This document shows positions 1-8,771 of a DNA stretch of 29,068 nucleotides, in pieces. The translations under genes and the position numbers were made by a program. The DNA lies in IMG/VR virus record IMGVR_UViG_3300030390_000234. One strand, 5' to 3'. Under the pieces are notes generated by a model. That model saw only the letters and a list, made by a program, of their open reading frames with translations. It ran no database searches and was not told the DNA's origin. Source of the DNA: a virus. How positions within the stretch are numbered: the first letter of the stretch is position 1; the number at the start of each line of letters is the position of its first letter.

Positions 1-99
1 AACACTATCCCAGTAACACAAAGACAAGTTGTTCACGGAACAAGAAAGGTTACTATACAACAAGTAACAGACCAAAACGGAAATACTAATAGTAATACA
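1..99. repeat. Terminal duplication, left copy: nt 1-99 are identical to nt 28970-29068 (assembly overlap of a circular or permuted genome)
   Basis: Base-by-base comparison of AACACTATCCCAGTAACACAAAGACAAG...ACTAATAGTAATACA at both ends shows an exact 99-nt match. One long ORF passes through both copies in the same phase. Confidence 0.95.
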
Positions 100-273
100 T
101 CAGCACAAAATCAAACAGTAGACCATTACAATATAGGTGGTGCAACATATAGAGGTAACCTAAAAGGCTTTTTAAATGGTAAGGTGTATGAGGTTATACA
201 ATATGATAGCTGGTTAGACGACTCTGAGGTAAGCCAAGTTATGAATTATTTAACTACAAAATGGACAACATAA
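1..273 (+). CDS. C-terminal end of the large tail fibre/host-recognition protein that starts at 25211 (wraps through the terminal duplication); end of a LamG/ConA-like jelly-roll domain
   Basis: Frame 1 is open from nt 1 to TAA at 271-273. Nt 100 is in phase with the codon following 29068. The peptide ends ...GNLKGFLNGKVYEVIQYDSWLDDSEVSQVMNYLTTKW. Confidence 0.8.
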   Translation, partial: NTIPVTQRQVVHGTRKVTIQQVTDQNGNTNSNTSAQNQTVDHYNIGGATYRGNLKGFLNGKVYEVIQYDSWLDDSEVSQVMNYLTTKWTT

Positions 274-509
274 ATATTACATTAAGAAAGCAAAAAAGAA
301 AACGGATAGCTAATATAGGTAAAATAGACCTTAAAGTTATAAATGACTATTGGCTAGGTTCTATGCAAATAACACCACAATCAATAGAGCTTTTACCTAA
401 TAAATTATATTTAGGAAATAAATGTTTAGATTGGTTTGACAAGATAAAACTATATCACGACAATAAAATGAAGGAATTTAATAGACTATTCAAATGGCAG
501 AAAAAGTAG
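261..509 (+). CDS. Hypothetical basic protein (82 aa), function unknown (position suggests a fibre- or tail-associated role)
   Basis: The ATG overlaps the fibre stop by 13 nt, and the 3' end overlaps the next gene by 16 nt. Same strand as all neighbours. Confidence 0.5.
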   Translation: MDNINITLRKQKRKRIANIGKIDLKVINDYWLGSMQITPQSIELLPNKLYLGNKCLDWFDKIKLYHDNKMKEFNRLFKWQKK

Positions 510-2224
510 TTATAGATGTAGATTTTAAAACTAATGCTAAAGAAACAACTACTGAGTTAGATGATTTAAAAGCAGAGTTAGAGGGAATCAAAGAAGAACT
601 TGCTGGAGTAAAAGAACAAGAGAAAGCGACTACAAGTGCATTAGGCAAACTTTCTAAAGGCTTTAAAGGTCTTGGTTTAGGAATGAAAGCATTAGGTGTT
701 GGTCTTATAATAGAAGCATTTAATTTCCTTAAAGAGATTTTAATGCAGAATCAAACTGTTATGGATGGTATCTCTATTGCAACAGAAACTCTTAGTGTGG
801 TGTTTAATCAAGTTACCTCAGTTGTTACAGATGTGTTTGAAGCAGTAAGTAAATCATCAGAGGGATTTGAGGGCTTACAAAAAGTAATAGGTGGGTTAAT
901 GACTATTGCTATTACACCTCTAAAACTTGCTTTTTTTGGAATTACACTAGCAGTACAAGAAGGGCAATTAGCTTGGGAAAATTCATTCTTTGGTGATGGA
1001 GACCCAGAAACGATTGCTCAATTAAATAAAAAGATAGGCGAAACAAAAGAAAACTTAACAGAGGTTATTGATGATGTTGTTGTAGCTGGAGAACAGATTG
1101 CAGAAAATATAGGCGAAGCAGTTACAGAGATAGGCAATGTAGTTACAATAGCAACTGAGGTAGCCACAGAGGGCATTAAAAAAATATCTGTTACACAAGC
1201 ACTAGAAACTGGTAAGGCAGTAGCACTTGCTAAAAAGAATGCAGAACTCTTAGAAGTACTTAGAGCCAAAGAGCAATTACAAAGTCAATTAAATGCTGAG
1301 ATACAAAGACAAATTAGAGATGATGTAGATAAGTCTTTTGCAGACAGAATAAAAGCTAATGAGGAATTAGGTGCTATTTTAGATAAACAACTAGAAAAGG
1401 AAAAAGCTGGTGCTGATGAAAAAGTAAGGATTGCTAAACTTGTAGCTGATACAAATAAAGATAGTGTAGAATTTCAAGTAGCATATCAACAAGCATTATT
1501 AGAGCAAATAGATATAGACGAAAGAATAGCTGGGCAAAGGTCAGAGCAATTAACTAATCAAACTGCATTAATTAATGAGCAAAAAGATGCAGTAAATCAA
1601 CTTGCTTTAATAGGCAAAACAGAGAGAGAGTTAGAATTAGAACAAGCAGAACAAAACTTTGAAGCACAAAAGGTATTAGCTATTAAAGCTGGGCAAGATA
1701 CGGTTGCAATAACTGAAGAATACGAATCACAAATAGGTGCTATAAATAAGAAATATGCTGACATTAAATTAGCTGAAATGTCTGAAACCATAGGTCAAGC
1801 TGGTGCTTTATTTGATGAGGGAACTTCAGCTTCAAAAGTTGCTGGGATAGCACAAGCTACAATATCAACATATCAAGCAATGGCTGGTGCGTTAGCAGAG
1901 CCACCTTTTACAATGAAAAACTTTGTAACGGCTGGGATAGCTTTGGCAACTGGTTTAAAATCAGTTAAAGCTATAATGTCAGTTAAGACTAAAAAAGCAG
2001 TTAGTGGTACAAGCCCACAACAAATAAGTACATCTGGAGATGCTGGTGGTGGTGGAAGAGATGATTCTGTTAGTGCTTTAGGAAATTTACCATCGGTGGA
2101 AGAGCAATTTAACCAAGACTTTCAACAAGCTGAAAATACACCAATACAAGCATTTGTTGTAGAGCAACAAGTAACAGATTCACAACAAATCAATTCAATG
2201 ATTCAACAAAAAGCTACACTTTAA
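494..2224 (+). CDS. Tape-measure-like (or internal/ejection) virion protein, 576 aa
   Basis: Long A/E/K/Q-rich coiled-coil core flanked by hydrophobic segments (GLGLGMKALGVGLIIEAF, GGLMTIAITPLKLAFFGITLAV, FVTAGIALATGLKSVKAIM), with Gly-rich and Gln-rich C-terminal parts. Composition is typical of tape measure proteins. No catalytic motif seen. Confidence 0.5.
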   Translation: MAEKVVIDVDFKTNAKETTTELDDLKAELEGIKEELAGVKEQEKATTSALGKLSKGFKGLGLGMKALGVGLIIEAFNFLKEILMQNQTVMDGISIATETLSVVFNQVTSVVTDVFEAVSKSSEGFEGLQKVIGGLMTIAITPLKLAFFGITLAVQEGQLAWENSFFGDGDPETIAQLNKKIGETKENLTEVIDDVVVAGEQIAENIGEAVTEIGNVVTIATEVATEGIKKISVTQALETGKAVALAKKNAELLEVLRAKEQLQSQLNAEIQRQIRDDVDKSFADRIKANEELGAILDKQLEKEKAGADEKVRIAKLVADTNKDSVEFQVAYQQALLEQIDIDERIAGQRSEQLTNQTALINEQKDAVNQLALIGKTERELELEQAEQNFEAQKVLAIKAGQDTVAITEEYESQIGAINKKYADIKLAEMSETIGQAGALFDEGTSASKVAGIAQATISTYQAMAGALAEPPFTMKNFVTAGIALATGLKSVKAIMSVKTKKAVSGTSPQQISTSGDAGGGGRDDSVSALGNLPSVEEQFNQDFQQAENTPIQAFVVEQQVTDSQQINSMIQQKATL

Positions 2225-2235
2225 AAACCTAAATT

Positions 2236-2955
2236 ATGACTAAAATAGTAGAATTAATTATTTCAGAAGAAACACAAGAGAATGAGGATGGTGTATTTGC
2301 TATCTCATTAGTAGAACAACCAGCAATAGAAGAAAATTGGGTGGCTCTTAAAAAGGAACATAAAGAAGCCTTACAATGTGCTAAAGTAGATGAAGATAAA
2401 CGCTTATTAATTGCACCAGCCTTAATACCTAACAAACAGATATTTAGGTTAGATGAAAGAGGGCAAGATTATTATGTTTATTTCTCTAAAGATACTATAA
2501 AACAAGCATCAGAATTGTTCCTAAAAAGAAGCAATCAATCTAATGCAACCTTAGAGCATAAATTAGAATTAGACGATATATTTGTTGTAGAGTCTTGGAT
2601 AAAAGAAAGTGCCGTTGATAAGTCAGCTAAGTATGGATTTTCAGATTTGCCAAATGGTACTTGGTTTGTAACTATGAAAGTAGAAAATGATGCAGTTTGG
2701 TCTAAAGTAAAAGAGGGAGAAATAAAAGGCTTTAGCATAGAGGGTTATTTCACGGATAAGATTAATAAATTTAACAAAAAAGACGATTACGAATTTGAGG
2801 TAAGAGAAAATTCTGAGTGTCCAGATGGATTTGAACATAAGATGCCAGATGGTTCTTATATGTGTGGTAAAACTATGAATTATACAGAAGAAGAAACAAT
2901 CTTAGAAACAGAATTAATAAATAAAATAAAACAAATTTTAACCAGCGAAAGCTAA
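2236..2955 (+). CDS. XkdF-like putative prohead serine protease (Peptidase_S78_2-type), 239 aa, with a C-terminal Cys/His knuckle
   Basis: LIAPALIPNKQIF...YYVYFSKDTIKQASELFLK...ATLEHK...FVVESWIKE...GTWFVTMKVENDAVWSKVKEGEIKGFSIEGYF matches the XkdF family pattern as I remember it. It lies directly upstream of the scaffold and capsid genes. The tail reads ECPDGFEHKMPDGSYMCGK. Confidence 0.75.
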   Translation: MTKIVELIISEETQENEDGVFAISLVEQPAIEENWVALKKEHKEALQCAKVDEDKRLLIAPALIPNKQIFRLDERGQDYYVYFSKDTIKQASELFLKRSNQSNATLEHKLELDDIFVVESWIKESAVDKSAKYGFSDLPNGTWFVTMKVENDAVWSKVKEGEIKGFSIEGYFTDKINKFNKKDDYEFEVRENSECPDGFEHKMPDGSYMCGKTMNYTEEETILETELINKIKQILTSES

Positions 2956-2980
2956 TTACTGAATTTTAATCTTTTAACTT

Positions 2981-3616
2981 ATGAAAACTAAATCTAAAAC
3001 TATGTCAAAACTTGACCAAATCAGAACTTTGTTAGGTGTCGCTAAGAAGCCAACAACTTTCGCTGAAACTAAATTAGTCGATGGGACAGTTATAGGAACA
3101 GATGCCGAAAAATTCGAAGATGGTGTTCTTGTTTTTATTACTGGAGAAGATGGCGAAAAAATGCCGTTACCATCTGGAGATTATGAGCTACAAGATGGCT
3201 CAATGATTAATGTTGTAGATGGCGAAATGCGTTCTCGTAAAGAACCAAAAGGTGCCGATGAAACAATGGAAACGGAAGATACAGAGGATAAGGTTGTGAA
3301 AGCTGGAGAAGGCAAACACAAAGATAAAGACGACAAAAAAATGTCTTCTGAAATCGACTTATCTGCTTATGCTCTTAGAACTGAGATTACTGAATCATTT
3401 GAATTAATGATGAGTAAGATTGAAGAAATTGAAGCTAAGCTATCAGAATTTAATTCTGTAAAAGAAGAGTTATCTGATATTAAAAAATTGAGTGCTGAAA
3501 AACCATTTAAACATAATATGTCTGCAAGAAATATTGTAGATAATAAAATGGCAACGGCTCAATTAACTTCTAAAGAAAGAGTTTACCAAATTTTCAACGC
3601 TAAAAAACACAATTAA
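2981..3616 (+). CDS. Scaffolding protein candidate, 211 aa
   Basis: Sits between the protease and the major capsid gene. It has an acidic low-complexity centre (ETMETEDTEDK...KDKDDKK) and a predicted coiled-coil C-terminal half (IEEIEAKLSEFNSVKEELSDIKKL). Confidence 0.55.
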   Translation: MKTKSKTMSKLDQIRTLLGVAKKPTTFAETKLVDGTVIGTDAEKFEDGVLVFITGEDGEKMPLPSGDYELQDGSMINVVDGEMRSRKEPKGADETMETEDTEDKVVKAGEGKHKDKDDKKMSSEIDLSAYALRTEITESFELMMSKIEEIEAKLSEFNSVKEELSDIKKLSAEKPFKHNMSARNIVDNKMATAQLTSKERVYQIFNAKKHN

Positions 3617-3617
3617 G

Positions 3618-4565
3618 ATGTCAAAAAATAAACAACACAATTTATCAAACCCAACTATTGCTGTTGGAGCATCAACATATGCTGGAGAATTAGCATTACC
3701 TTATGTTCACGCGGCGACCTTGTCTGCTCCAACTATTGCTAACCAAACGGTTACAGTATTACAGAATGTAAGGTTTAAAGCACAAATACCAGTTATGGCT
3801 AATACTGGTCTAGTAACAACTGGTGGTTGTAACTTTACTACAACGGCTGAAACTTCACTAGCTGAATCGACTTTATCGGTTACTGACTTAATGGTAAACC
3901 TACAATTATGTAAGGCTAACTTCCGTTCTTGGTGGCAAGGAGATGATTATACAATTAACAATGGAGTGCCAGATGATTATGCTGATGCTTTATTATTGTA
4001 TGTAGCAAACGAAGTACAAGGTACAATGGAAGCTAATATCTGGAATGGTAATTCTGGTTTAGGTTCAGCACCAACATTATTTAATGGTTTATACAAGCAA
4101 TATGTAGCTAATTCTGGTGTTGTTGCAACATTACCAGCTAATTTTAAACTTAACGTACTTGCTGATGTTATCGCTGGTTTAGGTAAAGTTGTAGAAACTA
4201 TCCCAGCTAATTTGATTGGACAATATGAAGATGTAAACATCTATGTAAATCCAGCAGTAATTGATAGATACAATATTGCTATCGGTCAATTAGGTGGTGG
4301 TTACAATATGAGTACGGCTGATGGTGGTATTCAAAGATTTGGTGGTTACAAAATGACTCCAGCATTTGGTTTACCAGATGGTATTGCCGTTGTAGCAAGA
4401 CCACAAGACCTTGCAGTTGGAGTTGGTTCAGCAGATTCAGTAGAACTTGCACAAGCAATCGATATGACACCATTAGATGGTTCTGACAATTACAGAATTA
4501 CAATGCGTTTTGCAGTTGGAACACAAGTACCAGTTATAGCGAATGTTAAGATTAGCAAGTCATAA
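3618..4565 (+). CDS. Major capsid protein (HK97-fold type inferred), 315 aa
   Basis: Lies immediately after the scaffold gene (start 1 nt after its stop). G/A/V/T/N-rich composition, and size and position are typical of a major capsid protein. The intergenic spacer downstream and a strong terminator one gene further on suggest high expression. Confidence 0.7.
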   Translation: MSKNKQHNLSNPTIAVGASTYAGELALPYVHAATLSAPTIANQTVTVLQNVRFKAQIPVMANTGLVTTGGCNFTTTAETSLAESTLSVTDLMVNLQLCKANFRSWWQGDDYTINNGVPDDYADALLLYVANEVQGTMEANIWNGNSGLGSAPTLFNGLYKQYVANSGVVATLPANFKLNVLADVIAGLGKVVETIPANLIGQYEDVNIYVNPAVIDRYNIAIGQLGGGYNMSTADGGIQRFGGYKMTPAFGLPDGIAVVARPQDLAVGVGSADSVELAQAIDMTPLDGSDNYRITMRFAVGTQVPVIANVKISKS

Positions 4566-4628
4566 ATTAGAAAAGGGAGAGGTATTGAATTACATCTCCT
4601 CAATTCTTTAACTTTAAAAAATAGATAG

Positions 4629-5246
4629 ATGGCTTTATGCGAAATATCGTCTGGTAGAGGTTACTTCTGTGCTGGACAAGTAGGAGGAATAAAAAAGGTA
4701 TATCTTGCTAATTGGTACGATGACCATAGAATAGAAACTGTGACTGTTGGTGCAATATCATCTCCATCAACGGCTGGTGTAGTAACTGATATTGCTTTAT
4801 TTGATAACTCTAGTAATGAAACATTACAATTTTTTGAATTTGATTTAGATAGACAATTATCTTCATTTAATCAAACTGTAATTACTGGCTCTGGTGGAAC
4901 ATTATCATATCAAACAGATTTAGACTTACATATGAGCCACGATTCGCAAGAGTCTTGGGCAAGAATGCAAAATGTATGTGAGGGTGTATTTCAAGTTATC
5001 ATAGAAGACAATAACGGAGTATTTTATTTAGCTGGTGTAATTAATGGAATACAAGTAACTGGTGGTACTTATGCTCACGGAGGAGATGTAGCTTATACTG
5101 ACTATGTTGGTTATGTTATACAAATGACTGGAGTAGAAAAATTACCAGCTTACAACCTATCTACTGCGACACCATTTAAGGCTTACACAACAAGTGGTGA
5201 TACTTTAGCTAAAAATGCATTACAATACAATACCGCACAAATATAA
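4629..5246 (+). CDS. Virion structural protein, possibly the major tail tube protein, 205 aa
   Basis: N-terminus GGIKKVYLANW and C-terminal ...VIIEDNNGVFYLAGVINGIQVTGGTYAHGG...YVIQMTGVEKLPA resemble tail-tube-type proteins of Bacteroidota phages, from memory only. It is followed by the strongest terminator in the genome. Confidence 0.35.
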   Translation: MALCEISSGRGYFCAGQVGGIKKVYLANWYDDHRIETVTVGAISSPSTAGVVTDIALFDNSSNETLQFFEFDLDRQLSSFNQTVITGSGGTLSYQTDLDLHMSHDSQESWARMQNVCEGVFQVIIEDNNGVFYLAGVINGIQVTGGTYAHGGDVAYTDYVGYVIQMTGVEKLPAYNLSTATPFKAYTTSGDTLAKNALQYNTAQI

Positions 5247-5271
5247 AACTTTGTCTGTTTTTTGTTAAATA

Positions 5272-5303
5272 AAAGGTGGTGGTTAATTCCATCGCCTTTT
5301 TTT
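5272..5303 (+). terminator. Rho-independent terminator after the capsid/tube genes
   Basis: AAAGGTGGTGG (5272-5282), TTAATT loop, CCATCGCCTTT (5289-5299). This is an 11-bp stem (9 Watson-Crick pairs plus 2 G-U) running into a 7-T tract ending at 5303. Confidence 0.7.
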
Positions 5304-5316
5304 ATACCTTTATCTT

Positions 5317-5490
5317 ATGAAAATTAAAAAAGAATTTATTGGCTCAACTATTTACAAAGGAGTAAGAAAAATTTACTTAGGAGAACTTATCTCAGTAGAG
5401 TTAATGGAAGAATTAATTAGGGATTTTCCTAAATATTTAGAAGAAGAAAAACCTAAAAAAAGTAAGACAAGTAGTCCTAAAATAGTATGA
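5317..5490 (+). CDS. Small hypothetical protein (57 aa), below the ORF-track cutoff
   Basis: ATG at 5317 and TGA at 5488-5490, forming an ATGATG/TGA overlap with the next gene start at 5487. Peptide: MKIKKEFIGSTIYKGVRKIYLGELISVELMEELIRDFPKYLEEEKPKKSKTSSPKIV. It fills an otherwise empty gap after the terminator. Confidence 0.4.
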   Translation: MKIKKEFIGSTIYKGVRKIYLGELISVELMEELIRDFPKYLEEEKPKKSKTSSPKIV

Positions 5491-5987
5491 TGTTAGAACT
5501 ATCAAATAGTAATGGTGTATTAAATATACTCTCTTTAGATGTGTATTCAAGAATATTTGCAAATACTATTTCTAACTTCGGAAGGAAAGTTGCTAACACA
5601 AGGCAATACACTCCAAATTTTAATTCTGACTATGATGGTATATATTACTACATAGAATTAGTATCTCAATTAACTGGAGAAAAGTTTCTTACTCGTATGT
5701 CTGAAATTAGTAATTACAATTATCCAAGAGCAACACAACTAGGGGTTTACATAGATGATTATGTAGGAGATTATCATATAAACAACATTGAATTAGGTTT
5801 ATACGATTATAATGTATATTATACATCTGGTACTATTGTGGATTTAAAGTCTAACAGAGTTATAGGTATTGTAACAAAAGGAATAGCATTAGTACATAAT
5901 AAAAACTGGACAAATGAAAGTTTTGCTAACTCACAAAGTGGAGTAAAACCTACCATAATTCCATCAAGCATATCATACAATGGCTAA
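5487..5987 (+). CDS. Hypothetical protein (166 aa), probably virion-associated
   Basis: ORF is coupled to both neighbours (overlaps the portal start by 8 nt). Tyr/Asn-rich with no recognisable motif. Confidence 0.55.
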   Translation: MMLELSNSNGVLNILSLDVYSRIFANTISNFGRKVANTRQYTPNFNSDYDGIYYYIELVSQLTGEKFLTRMSEISNYNYPRATQLGVYIDDYVGDYHINNIELGLYDYNVYYTSGTIVDLKSNRVIGIVTKGIALVHNKNWTNESFANSQSGVKPTIIPSSISYNG

Positions 5988-7950
5988 AAGAAACACAAAA
6001 GCAACTGGAGATTATCACTTTTCATCAGTAGGTTCAACATATGATTTAACGAGTGCCGTAGAACTAGATAAAAAAGGATTTGATTGGATTTGGTATGGTG
6101 CTGATAATTTATATCCACAACATACTATTAATTTATATCAAAATTCGGCAACACACAACGCTCTAGTAAACTCAATTTCTGGATGGATATATGGTGGTGG
6201 TATTGATGCAGATAATAAGCTAATGCACCCAGAACAATGGGCAAGATTTAATAGTCTAATTAACAAGAAAATCGGTAAGAACGATATTCAGTTAATGTGT
6301 ATGGACTTAAAATTACACGGAGGGTTTTATCTTTCTCTTACTTACTCTATTGACAGAAAGAGTATTGCTTCTATGGATGTAATACCTTACGAAACTATGC
6401 GTTCTGGACACGCAAATGAAGATGGAGATGTAGAACACTATTATTACTCTAATAACTGGGCTGATGGTCGCAGAGCAAAGGTAAAGACAATGTGTGCTTT
6501 TGACCCAGAGCGTAAAATAGAACACCCTACACAAGTATTATGCGTTAAAATGAATACTGTTGGTTCTTATTATTATCCAAAACCAGATTATATTGGTGCT
6601 TGGAATTACATAGAGTTAGATAAGAATGTATCACAATATCACTTATCGCAAATAGAAAAAGGACTTGCACCAAGTTATATAATAAATTTTGCTAATGGTA
6701 TTCCAGCAAGAGAAAAAAGAGAACAAATTAAGAATCAAATTGAAATGGAATTGTCTGGCTCTCAAAATGCTGGTAAATTTCTTTGTACTTTCTCAGATGG
6801 TAAAGACACTACTCCAGAAATTACTCCAGTTCCTTTATCTGATGCAGACAAACAATACCAATTTTTAAGTGAAGAGATTACTAAAAAAGTAATGATTTCT
6901 CACAGAGTTGTTTCCCCTAGATTATTTGGAGTTATTGATGCTGGTAATGGGCTTGGCTCAAACGCAGAAGAACTCCAAACGGCAAGTGCTTTATTTGAGC
7001 AAACTGTCGTAATTCCATTTAGAGATGTTATTATTGATGCTCTTAAAATAGTTATGTTAGAAGACCAGATGAATTTAAATTTATTCTTTGAGCCTTTTGA
7101 TTTATTCAAAACTGAATTTGCAGATACAGAAGCAGAAACTATTAATGAAGAAGAAGCTATTGATGTAATTCCTAAGACTAAGATAATTGATGAAACAAAA
7201 GATGAAACCATAAAAAATCTATCTGGAGATTGTGGTTGTAAGCAAGAATTTATCACACCAAATCCTTGTTATAAAGGTTATGAAGCTATTGGAACTAAAA
7301 TAAAAGATGGAAGAGAGGTTCCTAATTGTGTACCAATAGAAGCTAAGAAACTGAGTGATGAAAAAGCTGAACTTTTACTACAAGAAATAGAACAATACGC
7401 TTTAAAAAATGATACAGAAGTCTGGGACTTAGTTAGCGAGGAATGGGTTGATACAACTAAAGAGGGTTTTCATCAATTTAATACTATGCCAACTAAGTCT
7501 ATGGCTGATGCAGATTCTAAGTCTAAAGAGGGCGATGTAGGACTATATAAAGTTAGATATGTTTATGAGCATACGGCTGGTAAAGATGCAAAAGATAGTA
7601 GTAGATTGTTCTGTAAAAAAATGATGCAATTTACTCGTTCTGGTGTAGAGTGGAGATATGAAGATATTATTTCGATGGGTAAGGCTGGAGTAAATGGTGC
7701 ATTATCTGAAAAAGGACAATCCACTTATAATATCTTCTTATACAAAGGTGGTGCTAATTGCTATCACGGATGGATTCGTAGAATATATATGAGAAAGAGA
7801 GATGCTTCTGGTAAGTTTATGCCAAACAAAGGTCTTGACAATGAAAAGCGAGTAGGTAACAATCCTTTTATTAGACAAAAAGGCTCTGAATCTATTGCAC
7901 CAATAGACACACCAAATCACGGATATGTAAATCCTCCTAAAAATAGATAA
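5980..7950 (+). CDS. Portal protein fused to a MuF/SPP1-gp7-like head-morphogenesis domain, 656 aa
   Basis: The N-terminal ~370 aa carry portal-type motifs (GADNLYPQHTINLYQNSATHNALVNSISGWIYGGGI; YPKPDYIGAWNYIELD; GLAPSYIINFANGIP; HRVVSPRLFGV...GLGSNAEELQTASALFEQTVVIPFR). An acidic linker and a Cys cluster follow. The C-terminus SRLFCKKMM...WRYEDI...YKGGANCYHGW resembles the conserved end of MuF-family minor head proteins. Confidence 0.65.
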   Translation: MAKRNTKATGDYHFSSVGSTYDLTSAVELDKKGFDWIWYGADNLYPQHTINLYQNSATHNALVNSISGWIYGGGIDADNKLMHPEQWARFNSLINKKIGKNDIQLMCMDLKLHGGFYLSLTYSIDRKSIASMDVIPYETMRSGHANEDGDVEHYYYSNNWADGRRAKVKTMCAFDPERKIEHPTQVLCVKMNTVGSYYYPKPDYIGAWNYIELDKNVSQYHLSQIEKGLAPSYIINFANGIPAREKREQIKNQIEMELSGSQNAGKFLCTFSDGKDTTPEITPVPLSDADKQYQFLSEEITKKVMISHRVVSPRLFGVIDAGNGLGSNAEELQTASALFEQTVVIPFRDVIIDALKIVMLEDQMNLNLFFEPFDLFKTEFADTEAETINEEEAIDVIPKTKIIDETKDETIKNLSGDCGCKQEFITPNPCYKGYEAIGTKIKDGREVPNCVPIEAKKLSDEKAELLLQEIEQYALKNDTEVWDLVSEEWVDTTKEGFHQFNTMPTKSMADADSKSKEGDVGLYKVRYVYEHTAGKDAKDSSRLFCKKMMQFTRSGVEWRYEDIISMGKAGVNGALSEKGQSTYNIFLYKGGANCYHGWIRRIYMRKRDASGKFMPNKGLDNEKRVGNNPFIRQKGSESIAPIDTPNHGYVNPPKNR

Positions 7951-7952
7951 AT

Positions 7953-8543
7953 ATGGCTCTACCTAAACAAATATTATATATAGATGCTAACTACATAAAG
8001 GCTTATTCTCACATTACTGGTAATGTAGATGAAAAAGATTTATTACCATCTATAATACAAGCACAAGATAGCCAGATACAACCAATATTAGGCACAAATC
8101 TTTATAACAAGCTAAAGACTTTAATTAAAGATGGTACTATTGGTACGGCTACAAATACTGCATACGAAACACTATTACAAGACTATGTACAAATGTGTAC
8201 TTTAAAGTGGACTTTAGTGTATTTTTATCCATATTTACACGGAAATATAGGTAATGGAATTATAGGTACTCGCAATGTAGATGAAATGACTTCTTTATCT
8301 CAAGATGAGGTAAATTCTTTAATAGATACTGAAAGGTCTAATGCTCAGTTTTATACTGAAAGATTAATTAATTATTTATTAATAGGTGATGTGTCAACTT
8401 TATTGCCAGAATATAATACAGATACATTAAATCAAATGTCTCCAGAAACACAAGCATACTCAGAGGGTGGTTTAACTATATCTGGACAGAGTTATGGTAC
8501 TAACAGATTAGCTAATTGGAATTGTTGTGGTTTTAAAAGGTAA
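7953..8543 (+). CDS. Head-tail connector/adaptor candidate, 196 aa
   Basis: Lies directly after the portal. N-terminus ...YIKAYSHITGNVDEKDLLPSIIQAQDSQIQPILGTNLYNKL resembles gp6-like connector proteins (memory-based). It ends inside the AAGGTA hexamer repeat. Confidence 0.4.
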   Translation: MALPKQILYIDANYIKAYSHITGNVDEKDLLPSIIQAQDSQIQPILGTNLYNKLKTLIKDGTIGTATNTAYETLLQDYVQMCTLKWTLVYFYPYLHGNIGNGIIGTRNVDEMTSLSQDEVNSLIDTERSNAQFYTERLINYLLIGDVSTLLPEYNTDTLNQMSPETQAYSEGGLTISGQSYGTNRLANWNCCGFKR

Positions 8544-8560
8544 AGGTAAAGGTAAAGGTA
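8537..8560. repeat. Perfect tandem hexamer (AAGGTA)x4
   Basis: AAGGTAAAGGTAAAGGTAAAGGTA read directly. In the frame of the upstream gene it reads AGG TAA AGG TAA AGG TAA AGG TAG. Confidence 0.95.
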
Positions 8561-8624
8561 GTTTGTCGAATAAAGAACAGAAAAAGAAGAATGCAAAACT
8601 TCTTGAATTATACTTAAAAAGAAA

Positions 8625-8771
8625 ATGCAAGGAAAGATAGATACTTTAGTTTTTAACTCAATAAATGTAGGTGCTGTTAGTTTTTCATTTATGGATGTAG
8701 AGTCTATATTAACTATTGCAGTTTTAATATCTGCATTAATCTACAATCTAAAAAAGATTAAAAATGATTAA
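8625..8771 (+). CDS. Small membrane protein (48 aa), holin candidate, below the ORF-track cutoff
   Basis: ATG at 8625 and TAA at 8769-8771, overlapping the endolysin start by 8 nt. Peptide: MQGKIDTLVFNSINVGAVSFSFMDVESILTIAVLISALIYNLKKIKND, with one clear hydrophobic helix plus a basic C-terminus. Confidence 0.45.
   Translation: MQGKIDTLVFNSINVGAVSFSFMDVESILTIAVLISALIYNLKKIKND

Noticed and set aside
1-99. Interpreting the 99-nt end repeat as genuine direct terminal repeats of a linear genome.
   Set aside because: The repeat lies in the middle of a 1343-codon ORF that is only intact when the ends are joined. An assembly overlap of a circular or permuted genome is the simpler explanation, but this still needs a read-level check.
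4574-4600. Possible hairpin after the major capsid gene (GGGAGAGG...ATCTCCTC).
   Set aside because: Only about 5-6 bp (GGAGA/TCTCC plus one G-U) can pair across a 14-nt loop, and no T tract follows. This is not convincing as a terminator.
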